DNA of 43,299 bases, taken from NCBI GenBank assembly GCA_040905765.1, contig JBBDQX010000085.1, positions 1 through 43,299 of the forward strand, read 5' to 3'. Position numbers and translations under genes: made by a program. Shown piece by piece: positions 38,086 through 43,299 of this stretch. The notes below the pieces were generated by a model. It made no database searches and had not been told where the DNA came from. It saw only the letters and a program-made list of their open reading frames with translations. This stretch comes from Acetobacterales bacterium (lineage in GTDB: Bacteria > Pseudomonadota > Alphaproteobacteria > JBBDQX01). Every line of letters starts with the position of its first letter. The stretch's first letter is position 1.

Positions 38086-40146
38086 TCAGCGCCCGAACAG
38101 GTTCTTCAGCCCTTCGCCAACGCCCTCGATCACCCTCTCGGGAGCCGACTGCGCTCCGTCCTGCTTCACGGGAGCGGCCCCCGACTCGGCGTTCTTCAGC
38201 GCCTGCACGCAGGCGTTCCCGTCGCCTGATGCACCGCCGGTCACGAACGGCACGAGAATGCCGAGCGGATTGATCGCCGAGCCGATGATCGCCATCGCCA
38301 GGTCCTGGGCGACGGCCGCCTTGTCGAGACTGAAACTGGGGTCGGTGAGCGTGCCGGTGACATTGATCGGCGTGGCGAGGCTGACCAGGCTGGGATCCTG
38401 CGGCCGCGGTACGAAGGTCAGGTCGAGCTTCTCCGAATCCAGATTGATCGTACCGTCGCCGCCGACCGTGATCTTCTCCGTATCGAGCAGCATCTGGGTC
38501 ATGTCGGCGACGCCGTCCTTGATGTCGAAGCGCGTGACGCCGCAGTTGACGTTCGCGACATCGGCGCCGCCGGGAAGCAGCACCTTGACCAGGTCCGTCG
38601 CCAGTAGCTCAACGTATTGGCTGTTGATGCGCCCCTTGCCCATCGTGACCTGGAACCGGCCGTTCGACGCGGCGGCCAGGGCGCCCGGGGAGCGGCCGAC
38701 GCTGCTGATGTCCGCCTCGGCGTCAATGCTCCCGGCAAGCTTGTCCGTGACCTGCATCTCCGTCAGGAAGCGCCCGATGTCGAAATCGTCGAGGTTGACG
38801 CGCGTCTGCATCTCGGGCTCCCGGCCGCCGCCGGAGTTCACCGCGAACATCCCCTGGATGTGGCCATCGTAGAGCGCCGTACGCGCCAGCTCGACCTCGA
38901 AATTGCCGTCCTTGAGCGTGCCCGAGACGTCCAGATCGCGCAGTTCCAGGTCGCGCGCCTGCAGCAGCTTCGCCTCGAGGCGCAGGCGGGCGTTGACCCG
39001 ATCGAGCATGTCGATGGCCGCAATCGGCTCGTCGCCGAACAACTGGCCGCTCTGCGGCTGCTCCTGCCCGGCCGGCATGAGATCGAGGAAAGGATCGAGC
39101 AGGATCTGGTTCGCCGTGAGGTTCGCCTCGACGAACGGCGGCTCCTCACTCAGCCGCGCCGAGAGCGAGCCGGTCAGGTCGCTCTTCGCGAGCTGGAGCT
39201 TGCGCAGGTCGACTTTCATTGCCTGCATGTCGCCGCTGACCTGCGCCTCGAAGGCGAAGGGCCCGAGCTGCTCGAGGTTCATCCCGGCGATCTGGCCAAG
39301 CTGCTCCAGCGAGTCGGCGTTGGCGGCGACGGTGAACTGCATCTCGCCCCCACCGCCCGGCGAGGACATCGACCCGTCCACGGCGAACCGCAGACCCGCG
39401 AACGAACCCGTCAGGTCAACCGGGAAGACGGCGTCCGGATCCCGCAGCGCCTGCGGCGAACCGACCATGCCGGACAGCTTGAACGTACGGTCGAAGACGC
39501 TGCCTTCGACCGCCACGTCGAGCGGGCTTTCCGGCGACGTCGTGTGCAGCATGATACGGTCGAACATCACTTCCATCCGCTGGCCGGTCGACCCGTCGCG
39601 GTAGGTGATCAGGGCGTTGGTGACATCGATGTCCTCGACCGAAACCGTCGCCCCGCCCGACCCGTCATCCTGCTGCTGTTGCGCCTGCTGCTGCCCGGCG
39701 CTTTCGCCGCCGGTGGAGAACGTCCAGTTCCCCACCCCGTCGCTATTCGTCTCCAGATGCAGTTCCGGGTCCATCAGCGAGATGCTGTGGATCTGCACAT
39801 TGCCCGAAAGGAGAGGGAGGAGGTCGAGCCGGGCGCGCAGCTGCCGCACCTGCAGCATGGTCGACCGGGCCGCCCAGTCCGCGTTCGCGATCGTCAGGTT
39901 CCCGACCGCGATGGTGGGATGCAGGGACAGTGCCAGCGAGAGGTCGCCCTTGATCGAGACGTCGCGCCCGAGCGCGGCTTCGGCCCGCTGCTCGATGGTG
40001 TCGCGATAGGTATTGAAGTCGATGGTGAACAGGATGGCGACCGCGCCGACGACCAGCGCGAGGAGCAGGAAGCCACCCCACTTCAGGACCTTGCCGAAGG
40101 TGCCGAGATAGCCGCGCCGCTGTTTCGCCATGCCATTCACCGCCAT
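38086..40146 (-). CDS. AsmA family protein
   Basis: N-terminal TM, DFNTYR...ALGRDV.IKG, LLPLLSG, GNW, repeated beta-rich segments, C-terminal NC...GGDGTINL..E.LDL...PI.VTG.L..P. Confidence 0.85.
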   Translation of the reverse strand: MAVNGMAKQRRGYLGTFGKVLKWGGFLLLALVVGAVAILFTIDFNTYRDTIEQRAEAALGRDVSIKGDLSLALSLHPTIAVGNLTIANADWAARSTMLQVRQLRARLDLLPLLSGNVQIHSISLMDPELHLETNSDGVGNWTFSTGGESAGQQQAQQQQDDGSGGATVSVEDIDVTNALITYRDGSTGQRMEVMFDRIMLHTTSPESPLDVAVEGSVFDRTFKLSGMVGSPQALRDPDAVFPVDLTGSFAGLRFAVDGSMSSPGGGGEMQFTVAANADSLEQLGQIAGMNLEQLGPFAFEAQVSGDMQAMKVDLRKLQLAKSDLTGSLSARLSEEPPFVEANLTANQILLDPFLDLMPAGQEQPQSGQLFGDEPIAAIDMLDRVNARLRLEAKLLQARDLELRDLDVSGTLKDGNFEVELARTALYDGHIQGMFAVNSGGGREPEMQTRVNLDDFDIGRFLTEMQVTDKLAGSIDAEADISSVGRSPGALAAASNGRFQVTMGKGRINSQYVELLATDLVKVLLPGGADVANVNCGVTRFDIKDGVADMTQMLLDTEKITVGGDGTINLDSEKLDLTFVPRPQDPSLVSLATPINVTGTLTDPSFSLDKAAVAQDLAMAIIGSAINPLGILVPFVTGGASGDGNACVQALKNAESGAAPVKQDGAQSAPERVIEGVGEGLKNLFGR

Positions 40147-40259
40147 TCACCGATGGTCTGCCGGGCCCGCCGCTTCGCACTCTGTCACGGTGCCCGGGCC
40201 CACTGTCGCGGGGCCCGGCGGTCAGCCCCATCCCATATCAGGGTCTGAATCGCAGCCGG

Positions 40260-41231
40260 TCAACCCTCGCGCGCGTTCGTGTTGAAGCCGAAGAAACGCC
40301 AGCTCGCGGCGATCGGTTCCGGCAGCGGTGCCGTCACGGCCAGCAATCGGCCGTCCGGCCGGCGCAGCCGGAGCGCGCGCGCATGCAGATGGAGCTGCTG
40401 CGCAAGCCCCGGCAGGAAGGCGTCATGGCCGCCGTATTTGCCGTCGCCCTGGATCGGCGTGCCCAGCGCCGCGCAATGCACGCGGAGCTGGTGGGTCCGT
40501 CCCGTCTCGGGCCGCAATTCCAGCCAGGCGGCGCGGCGGCCGGCGGCCTCGACTGTGCGGTAGTGGGTGACCGCCTGCCGGGCGTCATCCTCCCCGCTCA
40601 CCGCCACGAGTTCCCGTGCGCCGGGCGCCGATACCCCCTTCGACAGCGCCAGGTCGACCCGCCCTTCCATCGGCCTCGGCGCCCCGACCACCAGCGCCCA
40701 GTATGTCTTCTCCGTATCGCGGCGCCGGAAAGCCTCGGTCAGCCAACGCGCGGCGGCGGCCGTGCGTGCCAGCAGCAGCACCCCGCCGGTATCCCGGTCG
40801 AGCCTGTGGACCAGCCGCGGCCGCTCCTCGGCGTCGAACCGCAGCGCGTCCAGCATGCCGTCGAGGTGCCTGCCGACCTTGCTTCCCCCCTGCACGGCCA
40901 GCCCCTGAGGCTTTTCCAGTGCGATCACCTCGTCGTCGCGATACAGCACCCGGCGGTGCAGATCCTCTGTCTCGGCCTCAGTGGCGACCGCTGGGCGAGG
41001 CTTCGCCTCCGGGCGATCCGGCGCATCGCCGAGCGGCGGTATCCGCACCGTCTGTCCCGTCTCCAGCCGCTGGCTGGCGGTGGCGCGCTTGCCGTCGACA
41101 CGGACCTGCCCGCTGCGCAGCAGACGCTGCAGCCGTCCCTGCGGCACCTCGGGGAAGTGCTTGCGGAACCAGCGGTCCAGCCGCTGCTCCGCCTCTCCGG
41201 CGGCGACGGTGACGGTGCGGACGCGGGTCAT
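40260..41231 (-). CDS. RluA-family pseudouridine synthase with S4 domain (RluC-like)
   Basis: RLDRW S4 domain, KPQGLAVQGG, HRLDRDT catalytic Asp, TGRTHQLRVH, GDGKYG, LHLHA. Confidence 0.93.
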   Translation of the reverse strand: MTRVRTVTVAAGEAEQRLDRWFRKHFPEVPQGRLQRLLRSGQVRVDGKRATASQRLETGQTVRIPPLGDAPDRPEAKPRPAVATEAETEDLHRRVLYRDDEVIALEKPQGLAVQGGSKVGRHLDGMLDALRFDAEERPRLVHRLDRDTGGVLLLARTAAAARWLTEAFRRRDTEKTYWALVVGAPRPMEGRVDLALSKGVSAPGARELVAVSGEDDARQAVTHYRTVEAAGRRAAWLELRPETGRTHQLRVHCAALGTPIQGDGKYGGHDAFLPGLAQQLHLHARALRLRRPDGRLLAVTAPLPEPIAASWRFFGFNTNAREG

Positions 41232-41235
41232 CGGC

Positions 41236-41622
41236 TCACGCGAGGAGCTGCCGGACCACGGCGAGACCCGCCAGCAGACCGAGCACGGACAGCGCCACCG
41301 ACGCGACGACATACAGCGCCGCCACAGCCGTCTCGCCACGCTGGGCCAGCACGACCACGTCGAGCGAGAAGGTCGAGAACGTGGTGAATGCCCCCAGCAT
41401 CCCGACCACCAGCAGTGCGCGCAGCGCATCTCCCGGCGACCAGGCCAGCGCCATCGCCTCGGCCAGGGCGCCGAGCACGAACGAGCCGACCACGTTTACG
41501 GCGAGCGTGCCCCAGGGGAATCCGCTGCCGAGCCAGTGCGTGGCGGCGATGATGACGCCGTAGCGGGCCACGGCCCCAACCGCACCGCCGACGGCGATGG
41601 CGGCGACCAGATTCAGTCCCAT
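41236..41622 (-). CDS. crcB: Fluoride channel CrcB/FluC
   Basis: GGAVGAVARY, FPWGTLAVNVVGS, GAFTTFSTFS. Confidence 0.95.
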   Translation of the reverse strand: MGLNLVAAIAVGGAVGAVARYGVIIAATHWLGSGFPWGTLAVNVVGSFVLGALAEAMALAWSPGDALRALLVVGMLGAFTTFSTFSLDVVVLAQRGETAVAALYVVASVALSVLGLLAGLAVVRQLLA

Positions 41623-42929
41623 CAGTGCGATGCCTCTCGCTTTTTCGACAGCTTGTCGCGGAGCTGCTGCCAGTAGGCGATGCGCTTGCCGACCTCGCGC
41701 TCGAAGCCGCGGTCCCCGGGCCGGTAGTACTGCTGCCGCTCCATCCCTTCCGGGAAGTAGTGCTGTCCGGAGAACCCCTCCTCGGCGTCGTGGTCATAGA
41801 CGTAACCCTTGCTGTAGCCGAGGTCGCGCATCATCCGGGTGGGCGCGTTGAGGATGTGCTTCGGCGGCATCAGCGAGCCGGTCTCGCGCGCCGAGCGGTT
41901 GGCGGCGCCGACGGCGCGGTAGGCGGCGTTCGACTTCGGCGCCGTCGACAGGTAGATCACCGCCTGCGCGATCGCCAGTTCGCCCTCGGGTGAGCCGAGG
42001 CGCTCGTACGCATCCCAGGCGGCAAGCGACTGTACCAGCGCGTGCGGATCGGCGAGCCCGATGTCCTCGCTGGCGAAACGGGTAATGCGGCGGGCGACGT
42101 ACAGGGGATCCTCGCCGCCGGCGAACATGCGCGCCAGCCAGTAGAGCGCGGCGTCCACGTCGGAGCCGCGCATCGCCTTGTGCAGGGCCGAGATCAGGTT
42201 GTAGTGCCCTTCCTGCGCCTTGTCGTAGAGCGGCGCCCGCTGCTGTACGGCGTCCAGCAGGGCGCGGGTGTCTAGCGGCTCGTCCGGCGCCAGGCCGTCC
42301 AGCGCCTCGACCAGGTTCAGCAGGTACCGGCCGTCGCCGTCGGCCATCGCGCGCAGCGCATGGCGCGCATCCCCGCGTAATGGCAGCGGCCGTTCCAGCG
42401 CCGCCTCGGCACGCGTCAGCAGCGTCTCCAGCGCCTCGTCGTCGAGCCGGTTCAGCACCAGCACCTGGCAGCGCGACAGCAGCGCCCCGTTCAGCTCGAA
42501 GGACGGATTCTCGGTGGTGGCGCCGATCAGCGTCACGACCCCGGTCTCCACCCATGGCAGGAAGGCATCCTGCTGGGCGCGGTTGAAGCGGTGGATCTCG
42601 TCGACGAACAGCAGCGTCCCCCGCCCCGCCTCACGCTTCCTCTCCGCCTCGGCGAAGACCTTGCGCAGGTCGGAAACGGTGGAGAACACCGCCGACAGGT
42701 TGACGAAATCGAGGTCGACGCGGTCGGCGAGCAGCCGCGCGATGGTTGTCTTGCCGCAGCCTGGCGGGCCCCACAGGATCAGCGACGGCAGGTGCCGGGC
42801 ATCCAGCAGCCGCGTCAGCGGCGCGCCCGGCGCCAGCAGATGGTTCTGCCCCAGCACCTCCTCGAGGCGGGTCGGCCGCAGACGATCGGCCAGCGGCCGC
42901 GGCGCCTGGCTCTCGAACAGCGTGCTCAT
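41622..42929 (-). CDS. rarA: Replication-associated recombination protein A (MgsA)
   Basis: PLADRLRP, WGPPGCGKTT, DEIHRFNRAQQD, GATTENPSF, ISALHK, ASEDIGLADP, APKSN. Confidence 0.96.
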   Translation of the reverse strand: MSTLFESQAPRPLADRLRPTRLEEVLGQNHLLAPGAPLTRLLDARHLPSLILWGPPGCGKTTIARLLADRVDLDFVNLSAVFSTVSDLRKVFAEAERKREAGRGTLLFVDEIHRFNRAQQDAFLPWVETGVVTLIGATTENPSFELNGALLSRCQVLVLNRLDDEALETLLTRAEAALERPLPLRGDARHALRAMADGDGRYLLNLVEALDGLAPDEPLDTRALLDAVQQRAPLYDKAQEGHYNLISALHKAMRGSDVDAALYWLARMFAGGEDPLYVARRITRFASEDIGLADPHALVQSLAAWDAYERLGSPEGELAIAQAVIYLSTAPKSNAAYRAVGAANRSARETGSLMPPKHILNAPTRMMRDLGYSKGYVYDHDAEEGFSGQHYFPEGMERQQYYRPGDRGFEREVGKRIAYWQQLRDKLSKKREASH

Positions 42930-43299
42930 CCGCGCACCTGCAGGGCGACCCGCTGACCGTCGCGCTCGATCTCGATGCGCCAGTCCTGCACCGGCTGCTT
43001 CAACGCCTCAAGCAGCTCCGGAACGCGGGAGACGGCGCCGCCATTGACGCCCCGGACGATGTCGCCGGGCCGGAAACCCAGGCGCCGTGCGATGCTGTCC
43101 GGCCGGACGCGCAGCACGATCACGCCCGAACCGAAAGGGTCGAGCGACAGTTCGTCGGCCAGCGCCGGCGACAGATTGGCGACCACCGCGCCGGCCAGCG
43201 GCGAGCGCACGTCGACCTCCGTCTCGTCGCGCGGCGGCTGCTAGGGCGGCGGCTCCAGCGGCAGGGTCGCGGTCCTGACTTCGCCCTTGCGCCACACCC
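42926..43299 (-). pseudogene. C-terminal part of a Do/DegP/DegQ serine protease (end of PDZ1 + PDZ2), interrupted by an in-frame TAG at 43243-43241; 5' end outside window
   Basis: Frame reads VWRKGEVRTATLPLEPPP*QPPRDET...SPLAGAVVANLSPALADEL...GFRPGDIVRGVNG; stop overlaps the rarA start. The TAG may be a sequencing error. Confidence 0.6.

Noticed and set aside
39661-39700. CAG-rich poly-Gln tract in AsmA as a contingency repeat
   Set aside because: Short, interrupted and in frame; consistent with an ordinary linker.
41600-41700. Fluoride riboswitch upstream of crcB
   Set aside because: The crcB start overlaps the rarA stop; there is no leader and no recognisable motif.

Overview
High-GC alphaproteobacterial chromosome segment; gene content and order suggest Rhodospirillales or a relative. 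It is densely coding: about 44 protein genes plus tRNA-Leu(GAG). I found no mobile element, prophage, CRISPR array or defence system. Mostly core genes, in order: BepA-like M48 protease, DUF3047-like lipoprotein, ScsC/Com1-type DsbA, M28 peptidase, ornithine/lysine decarboxylase, thiS-thiG fusion, aroQ-accB-accC-aat, DUF2155-mlaD-NDUFA12, RidA, FemAB-like GNAT, clpA-clpS, a lipoprotein, D-Ala-D-Ala carboxypeptidase, pmm-ugd-galU, a J-domain + vWA pair, a GH114-like protein, nucleoside hydrolase, Fe3+ ABC genes with a Fur/Mur-like box, Hpt + Cle-type receiver, SDR, mgtE, maeB, lipB, CZB-GGDEF cyclase, acylphosphatase, ATP12, AsmA, RluA, crcB, rarA and the end of a Do-family protease. Best leads: (1) a DgcZ-like diguanylate cyclase missing two of four zinc ligands; (2) a CheY-like c-di-GMP effector (Cle/ARR motifs) next to a stand-alone Hpt; (3) a circularly permuted GH114-like protein near sugar-nucleotide genes; (4) a FemAB-like GNAT between aat and clpAS; (5) an uncharacterised vWA + membrane J-domain pair; (6) an in-frame TAG in degP/degQ, plus other single-base changes at conserved residues that may be sequence errors. 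All calls come from motifs read by eye; no searches were run.
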